A DNA stretch of 63,478 bases, filler included, from an uncultured Chlamydiae bacterium (lineage in GTDB: Bacteria > Chlamydiota > Chlamydiia > Chlamydiales > SM23-39): the NCBI GenBank assembly GCA_937899275.1. It is 10 parts of 10 records of this genome, joined end to end, with 100 filler letters (N's around TTAATTAATTAA, not from the genome) between each part and the next. Parts side by side here need not be neighbours in the genome. Positions count along the whole stretch, not along the records: positions 20,006 to 23,290 come from CALBPE010000100.1; positions 23,391 to 24,838 come from CALBPE010000101.1; positions 24,939 to 29,667 come from CALBPE010000102.1; 7 more parts are not named here. The stretch is one strand, 5' to 3'. Made by a program: the position numbers and the translations under genes. Positions within the stretch are counted from its first letter, which is position 1. Each line of letters begins with the position of its first letter. Shown here one piece after another: positions 20,006 to 29,767 of this stretch. Below the pieces are notes generated by a model that did not search any database, was not told the origin of the DNA, and saw only the letters and a list, made by a program, of their open reading frames with translations.

Positions 20006-20196
20006 CATCATAAGTGGGGCCCGTAGCGAAGGTCCCAGAGAGACTCCTGAAAGCGAGCCTGCTCCCGCTGAGGCGGACTCTGAGCTGGCCGAGGTCGGCT
20101 CGGAAGAGGAAAGCTAAAGTCTCTCTTTTCTAAGTTTTGCGCAGCGCCGGAGGGGTTCAAAACCTTTCCGGCGTTGTGGTTTCTACCCAGCCCGTG

Positions 20197-20706
20197 ATGG
20201 CCTCAAATCGCTTCCCCGTATATCTTGCCGGTCCCACCGGATCTGGGAAGACCGCTATTGCCCTCGCTTTGGCAAAGGAGCTCGGCCCGACTGAAATCAT
20301 CAACGCTGATGCTTTTCAGATCTATCGCGGAATGGAAATTCTCAGCGCCGCCCCAACGGATGAGGAAATGTCTGAAGTTCCGCATCATCTCTTTGGAATC
20401 CTTGACCCTTCATCCCCCTGCGATGCGGCCCAATTTGCAGCTTTGGCGAAGGAAACGATCGAGGAAGTCCGCGCGAGAGCAACGCCACTCGTTGTCGGCG
20501 GAAGTGGCGTGTATCTCAAATCGATCACCCATGGACTCGCCGACACTCCGAAAGCAAATCCCGAGCTTCGGGCGCAGCTTGATACCCTTCCCTTGGACGA
20601 GCTTGTCTCACGCTACGAAAAACTCGACCCGAAAGGAGCTCTCGAAACGCACCTGCGGAATCGTCGCTATGTGACGCGGAATCTTGAGATATGTCTTCTC
20701 CGATAA
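20197..20706 (+). CDS. miaA: tRNA dimethylallyltransferase MiaA N-terminal fragment, high GC, probably foreign/chimeric
   Basis: GPTGSGKT, IINADAFQIYRGM, PHHL, VGGSGVY. Ends abruptly after NLEICLL. Confidence 0.85.
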   Translation: MASNRFPVYLAGPTGSGKTAIALALAKELGPTEIINADAFQIYRGMEILSAAPTDEEMSEVPHHLFGILDPSSPCDAAQFAALAKETIEEVRARATPLVVGGSGVYLKSITHGLADTPKANPELRAQLDTLPLDELVSRYEKLDPKGALETHLRNRRYVTRNLEICLLR

Positions 20707-20932
20707 GCGTTTCCCATGCTGGTAAATGCAAAGGCTCTTCTGGTAAAAGGGCGCTTAGGTTTTGTAGAAAATCTTCCTCATTTTGCCCAGATGTAATCAC
20801 ATTCACATCAGAAGTTTCTTGGAGCTTTGCTGCCAGAAGAGCCGTTGCAGCCGAAGGCAACTTTTCTAGGTGAAGAGCTTCTTTTTGTTGGTATTCTTGG
20901 AGAAATGTTTCATAAGAAACAAAGGGAAACAT
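20687..20932 (-). CDS. mfd: Transcription-repair coupling factor Mfd, N-terminal fragment cut at a chimeric junction
   Basis: Directly downstream of alaS as in chlamydiae; HLPAWETLIGEDIS matches the Mfd N-terminal P-x-W-E-T-L motif. Confidence 0.65.
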
Positions 20933-20935
20933 CTT

Positions 20936-23290
20936 TTACGATTCTTGGATAAATGTTTTTAAGGTTTCAATAGCAAGCCGAAGGTTTTCTGGTTTTTTTC
21001 CACCTGCGGTAGCTGCGTGTTTTTTCCCGCCGCCGCCACCTTCAATGATGTGCGCGACTTTTTGAATCAAAGCTTTGGCGTCGAGGGGTAATTTAGGGTC
21101 GACTCGAACTATTAGCTGGCAGCGGCCATTTTGTAAAGATCCAAGGATAATCACAGAATGAGGACATTTTTTCGTAAGATCTTCTGCAAAAGTTGGGAGA
21201 TCTTTGAAAGGAACATCTACAATTTCAGCGAGGGTAGGAGGGGAACCTGTAGTTTTTTTTGCCAGAGTTTCACTAAGATCTTTTAAAGCCTTTTTTTCTA
21301 GGGATTTGAGAGCTTTCAAAGCGTCGTCTTTTTCGATTTTTTCTTTTTCGATTTTTTCTAAAAGGGCTTCTTTTGGCGCTTTGAAAAAGGATTTTACTGA
21401 GCTTAGAAGCTCTCTTTCACTTTGCAAGTAGGAAAAAGCGGAAAGCCCTGTTTTTGCTTCAATTCTTCGTATGCCTTTTGCAATAGCGCTTTCTTTTACA
21501 ATCACAAAAGTTCCTAAATCCCCTGTAGCTTTCGCGTGAGTCCCTCCGCAAAGCTCTTTCGAAAAATCGATATCTACTACGCGGACCTTATCTCCATATT
21601 TATCACCGAAAAATTGCAAGATCGATGGATCGGAGCTGGCTTTTTCATAAGCCATTTCGTAGGTCTTGATGGGTGTATTTTCTAGGATCTTTTTTTGGAT
21701 CATTTCTTCTATTTGTTGAAGCTCTTTTGGAGAGGGAGCTTTGCTAAGAGAAAAATCCAAGCGGAGCTTAGATGAGTCGACTAAAGATCCCTGCTGTTCT
21801 AAAGAGTCTCCAAAGTGCTTTCGAAGAGCCCATTGTAAAAGATGTACGCCCGTGTGGTTTGAAGCGGTATTTTTTCTTAAAGAGGCGTTGATCTTTGCAT
21901 GAACAACATCGCCCTTTTCTAAACAACCTTCGGTCATAGTGCCGATTTGCAAAATGACGCCATTTACAGGTGTTTTTGTGTTGAAAACGGTAAAGCAGCC
22001 TTTTTCAGAAGAAAGGTCCCCTAAATCGCCTACTTGTCCGCCTTTTTCTGGATAGAAAGGTGTTTGGTCTAAAATAACCATACCTTTTTCTCCCTCTTTT
22101 AGCTGATCGACAAACTCTCCCTTTTTCAAAATGCCTTAAATTAAGGATTTGAGGGAAGGTTCATCTTCATGAAATATACAGGGGCTTTTCCAAGAGTGGA
22201 AAAGAGATACAGCAATATCTACCTCTTCTTTTTTTGCCCCTTTAGAAAGCTCTTGAGCTTTTTTTTCAAGCGCACGAAAAGAGGCAATATCTACATTTAA
22301 ACCGAGGTCTTTGGACAAAAGAAGAATTTCATCTAAAGGAAGGCCGTAGGTGTCTTTGAGTTTGAAGGCCTCTTCTCCAGATAGATGTTTTTTTGTAGGG
22401 CTTTCAACTAGGCTGTTTAAAAGAGCGCCGCCTTTTTCCAAGGTATAGGTGTAGCTGTCTTCTTCCTCTTGTAAAATCGATGCAATCCCATCTTTTCTTG
22501 CAATCAGTTCCGGGTAAAAACCTCCCATAGTCTCGCATAAAACAGGAAGGAGTTTTGCTAGAAAAGGGCCTTGGATGCCAAGGGCTTTACCCGATCTTGC
22601 AGCTCTTCTGAGAATTTTTCTAAGGACGTAGCCTTCTTTTGTGTTACTAGGTGCGCTTTTATCAGCGATGGCAAAAGATAAAGCTCTTATGTGGTCTGCA
22701 ATGATCCGAAAGTGGGCGGAAAAAGAGGGGTTGTAAGGCTTTTGACTAAGCGGTTTGATCGATTCGATGAGCTCGGCTAAAACGTCTGTCTCAAAAACGC
22801 TATTTTTCCCTTCAATAAGAGACAAAACTCGTTCTAAGCCAGATCCTGTATCGATGTTTTTAGTGGGCAGAGAAACTAAGCCTTTTTGGGTGTTTTCTTT
22901 TTCCATAAAAACAAGATTCCAAAATTCGCAGTATCTTTCTCCATCTGCGTCATAAAGAGGTGAGCTTGCGTTGGAAAATTTAGGACCTTTATCTAAATAA
23001 AGCTCTGAGCAAGGCCCGCAAGGTCCAAATTCACCCATCGACCAAAAATTGTCTTTTTTCCCCATGCGGACAATTCGGTTTTCTGGAAGGTGTTTTTTCC
23101 ATAACTCAAAAGATTCATCGTCTTCTTCATAAACTGTAGCCCAAAGTAAATCGTAGGGGAGCTGAAATATTTCCATGCTTACTTGAAAAGCATAACCAAT
23201 CGCTTGTTCTTTAAAATAATCTCCAAAAGAAAAGTTACCCAACATTTCAAAAAAAGTTAGGTGGCGATTTGTATGGCCTACATTTTCTAA
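20936..23290 (-). CDS. alaS: Alanine-tRNA ligase (5' partial; in-frame TAA at 22136-22138)
   Basis: FEMLGNFSFGDYFK, GPCGPCSE, IDTGSGLER, TPFYPEKGGQVGD, ELCGGTH. Both ORF-track pieces share one frame. Confidence 0.95.
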
Positions 23291-23390
23291 NNNNNNNNNN
23301 NNNNNNNNNNNNNNNNNNNNNNNNNNNNNNNNNNTTAATTAATTAANNNNNNNNNNNNNNNNNNNNNNNNNNNNNNNNNNNNNNNNNNNN
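23291..23390. other. Artificial contig-joining linker
   Basis: N-TTAATTAATTAA-N spacer. Confidence 0.98.
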
Positions 23391-23439
23391 TTCCTTCATC
23401 TATTTAAGTGTAAAAACCGTGTCATGTGGTAAGTTTCTA

Positions 23440-23468
23440 TTTAAAAAATTAGAAAAGTCGGCTACTCT
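23440..23468 (+). promoter_or_regulatory. Candidate sigma66 promoter for small lipoprotein (copy 1)
   Basis: TTTAAA-17nt-TACTCT; the same layout occurs at 58233-58261 before the similar gene. Confidence 0.5.
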
Positions 23469-23506
23469 TTGCGAATATGTGTATTTATTTTTACAAAGAG
23501 GTAATC

Positions 23507-23791
23507 ATGAAAAAGTACTCGCTCATCATCGGCTCTTTTTGCTTAATTATGTCTATTGGCGCTTGCGGCGGATCAGATAGCAAAAACTACCGCCCAGACC
23601 AAGAAGAATATAGCAATGATAAAGAAGAGCATGCAAAAATGCCTAAACGCTGCCACCAAAGTGCCAAAGAACCGGCAAAAAGTGAAAAGCAGGCCATGAA
23701 TGTAGAGTCTAAAGAGCTAAGCGAGCCTGCAAAAGCAGAAACGAAAGCAACAGCAGAAAAAGTTTCTCAAAAGCCTGCAAAGCCCGTATAG
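23507..23791 (+). CDS. Small lipoprotein with Lys/Ala/Glu-rich tail
   Basis: GAGGT SD, MKKYSLII signal peptide, IGAC lipobox; similar to 58299-58592. Confidence 0.75.
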   Translation: MKKYSLIIGSFCLIMSIGACGGSDSKNYRPDQEEYSNDKEEHAKMPKRCHQSAKEPAKSEKQAMNVESKELSEPAKAETKATAEKVSQKPAKPV

Positions 23792-24222
23792 CTTTCTAAC
23801 TCAAGAAGAGCCTTTTTTATGCCTTTTCCTGAGGCAAATCCCCCAATTTTTCCTTGTTCATTGCAAACTCTATGACAGGGGAAAAGAAGGGGGTAAGGAT
23901 TTTTATTCAAAGCGTTTCCCACAGCTCTATAAGCCTTAGGCCTTCCGATTTCTTTTGCTAAATCTTTGTAAGAGATCACCGTTCCTCTTGGAATTTTTTG
24001 CAGACTAGAAAGAACAGAAAGAGAAAAATCGGTTTGATTAGAAAGGGAAATTTTAAAAGGGAAGGGGGAGCTAATTCCTTGAAAGTACTTTTGTAGCCAA
24101 TCTCTGAAAGTCTCTTTTTTTTCGTCTGCATAAATAGCTAGGGACTCTCTTTCAAATAAACGTATCTGAAAGAGAGTCCAATTTTCTATAGAAAGCTGAA
24201 TTCCAAGAGCTAATTTATTCAT
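23767..24222 (-). CDS. ogt: Methylated-DNA-protein-cysteine methyltransferase (Ogt/Ada)
   Basis: IPRGTVISYKDLA, RAVGNA, PCHRV active site. ATG at 24222 overlaps the upstream stop. Confidence 0.92.
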   Translation of the reverse strand: MNKLALGIQLSIENWTLFQIRLFERESLAIYADEKKETFRDWLQKYFQGISSPFPFKISLSNQTDFSLSVLSSLQKIPRGTVISYKDLAKEIGRPKAYRAVGNALNKNPYPLLFPCHRVCNEQGKIGGFASGKGIKKALLELESYTGFAGF

Positions 24223-24838
24223 GAATTTGTAGCGCTTCTTCTTTATGCATAAGCGCTTGAAATCTTTCATGACTGATCGCTTTTCCATGGAAAAACCATT
24301 CTTCTTTCGCTAAGTCTTTATCGTTGTAGCGTATGGTAAGGCCGTGTTTTTCATCGCCTTGATATCGAATTTCTGCAAGCAAATTGCCTTGAGGATCAAA
24401 TCGTTTTTCCACGCCGTCTTTTTTTCCATATTCATAAGGGGTTTCCATGACAATCTGATCGTTTTTGTACGCGATTTTTTTGCCGTGCATGAAACCATCT
24501 TCCCAATCTTTACTCATATAAAGGCGCCCTGAGGCTGTGTAGATTTCTTGCTTACCATTCAATAGGTAATCACTGAATTCAGATACAACGTGCGTTTGTC
24601 CGTTTGGATAAATGGTTGTTCTTATTTGTAGCTCACCTTGAGAGATGTGATCGATGCCTAATAAAACGCCGGTTCTAGATCGTTTATAGCGAATGCCTTC
24701 GCCCTCTTGCACTTCTGATTCAATCGTATTTTGGGGGCTGTAGTAGGTGCCGTCTACTAAAAGACCTTTTTCGTAACGCTCGATACGAAGAGGAGCTCCT
24801 GATACGTTCCAAAAAGTGATGGTTTTTTCATCTTCACT
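24215..24838 (-). CDS. MORN-variant (YwqK-like) repeat protein, 5' partial
   Basis: Frame is open to the linker; YPNG, LNG, MHG, KDG and KHG repeats; closely similar to 58777-59742. Confidence 0.85.
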   Translation of the reverse strand, partial: SEDEKTITFWNVSGAPLRIERYEKGLLVDGTYYSPQNTIESEVQEGEGIRYKRSRTGVLLGIDHISQGELQIRTTIYPNGQTHVVSEFSDYLLNGKQEIYTASGRLYMSKDWEDGFMHGKKIAYKNDQIVMETPYEYGKKDGVEKRFDPQGNLLAEIRYQGDEKHGLTIRYNDKDLAKEEWFFHGKAISHERFQALMHKEEALQIHE

Positions 24839-24938
24839 NNNNNNNNNNNNNNNNNNNNNNNNNNNNNNNNNNNNNNNNNNNNTTAATTAATTAANNNNNN
24901 NNNNNNNNNNNNNNNNNNNNNNNNNNNNNNNNNNNNNN
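24839..24938. other. Artificial contig-joining linker
   Basis: N-TTAATTAATTAA-N spacer. Confidence 0.98.
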
Positions 24939-25749
24939 TCTTGCAAAAGATAAAGGCATTATACTTCATGTGGTGAGGCTATTAGATGATGGCTCGATTG
25001 ATGTAGAACACTTTTCCTCTCTTTTATCAGATAAAACTAAACTTGTATCTTTTGCGCATGTATTCAACGCGATCGGTACCATCAATCCCGTAAAAGAATT
25101 AGTGGAAAAAGCGCATGAAAAAGGCGCTCTTGTACTAGTGGACGGCGCGCAGGCAGTAGGGCATTTTCCCATAGATGTGGCTGCATGGGACGTAGATTTT
25201 TACGCCTTTTCTTTTCATAAGCTCTATGGCCCTACGGGACTTGGAGTATTGTATGGTAAAAAACACCTATTAGAAGAGCTTCCCCCCTACCAGTCAGGAG
25301 GCGATATGGTCGAGTCGGTCAGTTTGGAAAAAACCACCTTTCAGCCGCCCCCCTTTCGTTTTGAAGCGGGCACGCCTGCAATCGCAGAAATCATCGGCGC
25401 CGGGGCAGCCCTTCGCTTTTTATCAACATGGGATCAAAACGAGCTTTGGCAAGAAGAAAAAAAACTCATCCAGCAGTTAATCGACCGGTTAAGTACTCTA
25501 GAGCACATCACCCTTTTTGGTCATAACAAAAGAATTGGATCGGTGATGTTTACAGTAAAGGGCATGCATCCCCTTGATGTAGGCACCCTTCTTGATTTTA
25601 AGGGGATTGCTATTCGTACAGGCAAACACTGCGCAGAGCCTCTTTTACGCAGGTTTTCTCTTGCAGCAAGCTGCAGGGCGTCTATGGGAATTTATACGAA
25701 TGAAGAAGATATCGATCGGTTATACTACGCTCTTGCAGAAATGCGCTAG
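24939..25749 (+). CDS. sufS: SufS-type cysteine desulfurase (5' partial)
   Basis: LVDGAQA, FSFHKLYGPTG, FEAGTP, IRTGKHCA (group II motif). Confidence 0.92.
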
Positions 25750-25750
25750 C

Positions 25751-26629
25751 CTATGTCCTTTGAAAGGGCTGCATTTTTTTTAGCATCTCTTGCAGCATCT
25801 TCACCCAATCTAAGGATTCTTTTCCTAAAGAGTCCATGACAAAAATCCAAGAGATCGCCAGGAAAAAAATACCCACCCAAGATTTAAGGGGTATACCCAA
25901 AAATACAATTTGTACTTGAGGGGCAAGGCGGTTTGCGATCCCTAAAAACATTTCAATCATCAAAATACCGATAAGTGAAGGAGCGGCAAGCTGTATAGCT
26001 AAACTCATGACCCGGTATAAAATCGCTGTAATGCTTTTCCAAAAAGAGACATTTTCTTGAAAAAACGCAGGGTGAAAATAGCCATCTACCGGCAAAAGCG
26101 CAAACGAATAGGAAAGCACCTGAAAAAAATAGAGAGGGCCTCCTAAAAGAAAAAAAATCGCGATCAAAGCGTAATTATACAAAATACCAATAGGTCCTGT
26201 TTGCGACTGGGTAGAGGGATCGGTGATTTGTAGAGAAGAGGCTCCTCGAACATGATCGACAAGTCCTCCTGACGTCATCCCAATGTAGAAAGGAATAGAA
26301 ATTAAAAAACCAAGAGCAAAACCAAGTAAAATCTCTTTGACTGCGTACACAATAAAGATCATGCTAAAATCGATATTTTTATTTGCATGAATGAGCACGT
26401 AAGGGATAAATATGGCGCTTAAAGCGATGCCAAACCTCATCTTTGTTGCGGCGGGAAGATTTCTTGCTCCTAAAAATGGGGCAAGAGAAATGATCGGAAT
26501 CACCCGAAATAACGTAAGTAAAAACAGCACAAGAACCGCATTTGCCGATATACCTGGAAAACTCAAAATCATATTTAAATAAGAATCTGTTGAGCTAAGA
26601 GAGCTGGCGATAGCAAAAAATAGGGGCAT
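25751..26629 (-). CDS. sctT: Type III secretion export apparatus SctT
   Basis: APFLG, KEILLG, DHVRG, LGIANRLAPQVQI, PLK; last gene of sctRST. Confidence 0.93.
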   Translation of the reverse strand: MPLFFAIASSLSSTDSYLNMILSFPGISANAVLVLFLLTLFRVIPIISLAPFLGARNLPAATKMRFGIALSAIFIPYVLIHANKNIDFSMIFIVYAVKEILLGFALGFLISIPFYIGMTSGGLVDHVRGASSLQITDPSTQSQTGPIGILYNYALIAIFFLLGGPLYFFQVLSYSFALLPVDGYFHPAFFQENVSFWKSITAILYRVMSLAIQLAAPSLIGILMIEMFLGIANRLAPQVQIVFLGIPLKSWVGIFFLAISWIFVMDSLGKESLDWVKMLQEMLKKMQPFQRT

Positions 26630-26633
26630 GGCA

Positions 26634-26900
26634 CTAGCCCCACTTTGGGATATTGAGGAAAATTTTTTGTGCAAAGCTAAAAATTTGTGATCCGAGCCAT
26701 CCTCCAAGAAGCATCAACGTCAAAATCACAGCAAATAACTTGACCGTGAAAGAAAGGGTCTGCTCTTGAATTTGTGTTGCTGCCTGAAAAATCGCTACCA
26801 TAAGACCTAAGACCATACTGATTAAGATAGGAGGGCCTGATAAAAGCAAGATCAAGATCAACGCTTGATAAGAAAGCTGGTAGATTTCATTTGCATACAT
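26634..26900 (-). CDS. sctS: Type III secretion export apparatus SctS
   Basis: AIFQAATQIQEQTLSFTVKL. Confidence 0.96.
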   Translation of the reverse strand: MYANEIYQLSYQALILILLLSGPPILISMVLGLMVAIFQAATQIQEQTLSFTVKLFAVILTLMLLGGWLGSQIFSFAQKIFLNIPKWG

Positions 26901-26903
26901 CGA

Positions 26904-27674
26904 TCACCTAAAAGTTAGGGTCAGTCCTTGGATTAATAGGGTCCAACCATCGACCATGACCAAAAGAAGAAGTTTGATTGGAAGAGCAATGGTTAAAGGC
27001 GATAGCATCATCATCCCCATTGCAAGGAGGATATTTGAGGTAACCAGATCGATGACAAAAAACGGCAGGTAGATTAAAACGCCTATTTCAAAAGCGCTTT
27101 TCAGCTGCGAGGTAATAAACGAAGGGATCAAAATAATAAAATCTTTATGGGTTAAGCTCGATTTAAACGGCTCAGGGAAGATCTTATAAGCGATTTTATA
27201 AAAACCGTTCATATTTTTTTGGTAACTATTGTTAATTAAAAACGTGCGCAAAGGCTCTTTACTTCGATCGACAATTTCCAAAAGGTAGGTAGCGGATTGA
27301 TCAGAAAATAGCGCGTTAGGAGCTTTATCGATCACAGGTTTTGCTGCGTTATACATAGCAAGTCCTGTTGGAAACATCACATAAATCGTCATCAAAAGAG
27401 CAATACCGTTTAATACCTGGTTCGGAGGGGATTGCTGTACGCCAAGGGCATTTCGTAAAAGGGCAAGGACAATCACAATTTTCACAAAAGATGTAAGCAG
27501 CATAATCGCAAAAGGTAGGATCGATAAGCCGGCAAGTACAGCCATCTTCGTAATCACAGAAGGGCCTTCTAGCTGAAAGGCTGCATCAGAAGTAGTGCTT
27601 GTCATTTCTGGATCTGCAAAAAGTAGGCAAGGAAGAAGAAGTAGAAGGTAGGGAAAAATGCGGGTTAGTGTCAT
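26904..27674 (-). CDS. sctR: Type III secretion export apparatus SctR
   Basis: TSFVKI, RNALGVQQSPPNQ, YLPFFVIDL, AMGMMMLSP, DGW. Confidence 0.96.
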   Translation of the reverse strand: MTLTRIFPYLLLLLPCLLFADPEMTSTTSDAAFQLEGPSVITKMAVLAGLSILPFAIMLLTSFVKIVIVLALLRNALGVQQSPPNQVLNGIALLMTIYVMFPTGLAMYNAAKPVIDKAPNALFSDQSATYLLEIVDRSKEPLRTFLINNSYQKNMNGFYKIAYKIFPEPFKSSLTHKDFIILIPSFITSQLKSAFEIGVLIYLPFFVIDLVTSNILLAMGMMMLSPLTIALPIKLLLLVMVDGWTLLIQGLTLTFR

Positions 27675-28303
27675 GTGTTTTTCTCTTCCATAAATGCGGT
27701 AAAGGCTCTTTCTAAAGCGCGCCACTGGTTTTCTAACTGCGCATTGATGATGCCAGACTCTGTTTCGATGACGCAGCCTCCCTCTTCTACATCGGGTCTT
27801 TCTGTAACCACAAGGTTTTCTACTTGTTCTAACATCTTACGGATCTTGCTTTTTTTCGACTCTACGCGGGTAAGGTCTTTTCGATTAACATAGATTGTGA
27901 TCGATCGACTTTGGATCACAGGCTTCAATGATTGCATCACAATATCCACAATCCGATCGGGATGCAGCTTGAGCTCTTCTCCTAAGATTTTTTTTGCCGC
28001 TTTTAAAGCGAGGGGAAGGATTTTTTCTTGCAGCTCATCTCGGAGAGTTTGGACTAGTTGCTGTAGGTGCAAGTTGTGTTTATGCAGGGTTTCTAGCCCT
28101 TTTTGAAATCCGGCTTTTTCTGCTTCTTCTTTTAGGGTTTCACATTCTTCTACAATAGATTTTTTATAGGTAAGAGCGTCTTTTGCCGTGGTATCTAACA
28201 GCTCTTTTGCTTGTAAAAGCGTTTCTACTTCTTCTTTTTGCAGAATTTTTTTTGCAGAAGATCTGCGAATCGATGCACCGGAAAAAAGGGAGAAATAGTT
28301 CAT
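27671..28303 (-). CDS. sctL: Type III secretion stator SctL
   Basis: AEKAGFQKG, GGCVIETESGIINAQLENQW. Confidence 0.92.
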   Translation of the reverse strand: MNYFSLFSGASIRRSSAKKILQKEEVETLLQAKELLDTTAKDALTYKKSIVEECETLKEEAEKAGFQKGLETLHKHNLHLQQLVQTLRDELQEKILPLALKAAKKILGEELKLHPDRIVDIVMQSLKPVIQSRSITIYVNRKDLTRVESKKSKIRKMLEQVENLVVTERPDVEEGGCVIETESGIINAQLENQWRALERAFTAFMEEKNT

Positions 28304-29136
28304 GAAACATCATCCTGTAAAAGCGTTAGAAGGCAGTTTAGCATATCTTCTTGCACATTAGCGAGCGCCTTTTTTTCATAGGCAGCTAGCAGCATTTTAC
28401 CTCTACCGCAGTCCAATGTGCGGCTAATGTACCAGATAAAGTCTTCTGGTTCCTTTTGGATTGCGATCCCTAACCGGTAAATGCCTCTTTTATGCATTTC
28501 TTGTGTAAAGGAGCTCAGATCTTTAAAAGGAGCAGGGGGAAATAAAGGGTGTTCTTTAGTTGCTCGATATTGTGTAAGGAGTTTTTGCTCTTTTGGAGCT
28601 AAGTGTTGGTGGATTTCTTGTAGGATATCTGGCTGTACGATCTGTTTCATTGACGCTGCATAATCCTCTAAGGAAAGACTATGAATTATCTCTACAAGCT
28701 GTTTTTTTGTAAGGTAAAGAAGGTCTTTTAAAAGAGATTTATGGAGATACGATTTGGGAAGAAGGGTTTTTCTATCAAAGATTGCATCTTCTAATAAACA
28801 CTCCAAATAGCGAGCAAAAGGGGCTGTGAGCTGCGTTTTTTCCGGTTTTTTTTCTACGGTTTTGGCAAGTTTCTTAGCCTGGTTTTTAGTGAGTATAGGC
28901 AAAAACCAGTAGGCTTCTTGGTAAAGGGAAAACACGTGTTAAAAGCATGAGTTGTGGAGTGTTTTTCGGATCGCAGAAAAAGAAAAATCCTCAGGAGAAA
29001 AAAAGACGTCTTTTACATGGTGTTTACGAATAGAAGCGATGTGAGGGTCGCTCAGTCTTTGCAGTAAAGCTTGCTGCTTTTCTTCTGGAAAAGATTGAAT
29101 TTTTGCGTACAAGACAGCATATGAGGAAGGATGCAT
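28300..29136 (-). CDS. Conserved chlamydial T3SS gene between sctJ and sctL (SctK-like); in-frame TAA at 28939-28941
   Basis: Two ORF-track pieces share one frame (...HNSCF*HVFSLY...); position in the operon; RTLDCGRG motif. Confidence 0.7.
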
Positions 29137-29145
29137 CCGGTTGCT

Positions 29146-29667
29146 TTACTCTTCTTTTTTCTCAGGTTTTTCCTGCTTTTTCGCCTGTTTTTCGGCAAGA
29201 GCGGTTTTCGTAAATTGGGGGTAGTTTTTAAAGAAAATCCATAAAAATCCAGACCCAAGAGCGATGATCAGAAGCATCATTGTAATCAAAATCATCCGAA
29301 ATCTACCGGCAGATGCTTTTGTCATCACAATCGACCAGATGCTAACGTAGCCTTGCTGGCGGTTTTGTACGCTGATTCTTTCGGAAGCGGGGGTAAGAGA
29401 GATATCTGCAATTTTTGCCCTATCCGCAATAACCGCTACATGGTCGAAATCAAGGCCTTGAACACTTCCCGCAAGGAGGCGTTTGATTTTTGTTTCTAAC
29501 TGGTTGTTAGGATCTTCTAAAATACCTGCATGTTTGACGTATACCGCTGCAGTGATCGGTTTTTTTTCTATTCCCTGACCTGGAGTAAGCTCGCTATTTT
29601 CTTCTATAGGAAAAGAGATTTGTACATCTACATCTAGTATGCCGTCGATCTTACGGATGGTGTTCTT
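29146..29667 (-). CDS. sctJ: Type III secretion inner-ring lipoprotein SctJ (C-terminal part)
   Basis: Manual translation NTIRKIDGILDVDVQISFP...AAVYVKH...KIKRLLAGSVQGL, then a C-terminal TM helix. Confidence 0.92.
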   Translation of the reverse strand, partial: KNTIRKIDGILDVDVQISFPIEENSELTPGQGIEKKPITAAVYVKHAGILEDPNNQLETKIKRLLAGSVQGLDFDHVAVIADRAKIADISLTPASERISVQNRQQGYVSIWSIVMTKASAGRFRMILITMMLLIIALGSGFLWIFFKNYPQFTKTALAEKQAKKQEKPEKKEE

Positions 29668-29767
29668 NNNNNNNNNNNNNNNNNNNNNNNNNNNNNNNNN
29701 NNNNNNNNNNNTTAATTAATTAANNNNNNNNNNNNNNNNNNNNNNNNNNNNNNNNNNNNNNNNNNNN
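29668..29767. other. Artificial contig-joining linker
   Basis: N-TTAATTAATTAA-N spacer. Confidence 0.98.

Noticed and set aside
20525..20932. 135-aa ORF as a novel protein
   Set aside because: Its first 82 or so residues are the Mfd N-terminus; the rest is antisense read-through into the foreign miaA fragment.
25751..29667. Type III secretion cluster as a new system
   Set aside because: Standard chlamydial sctJ-K-L-R-S-T order.
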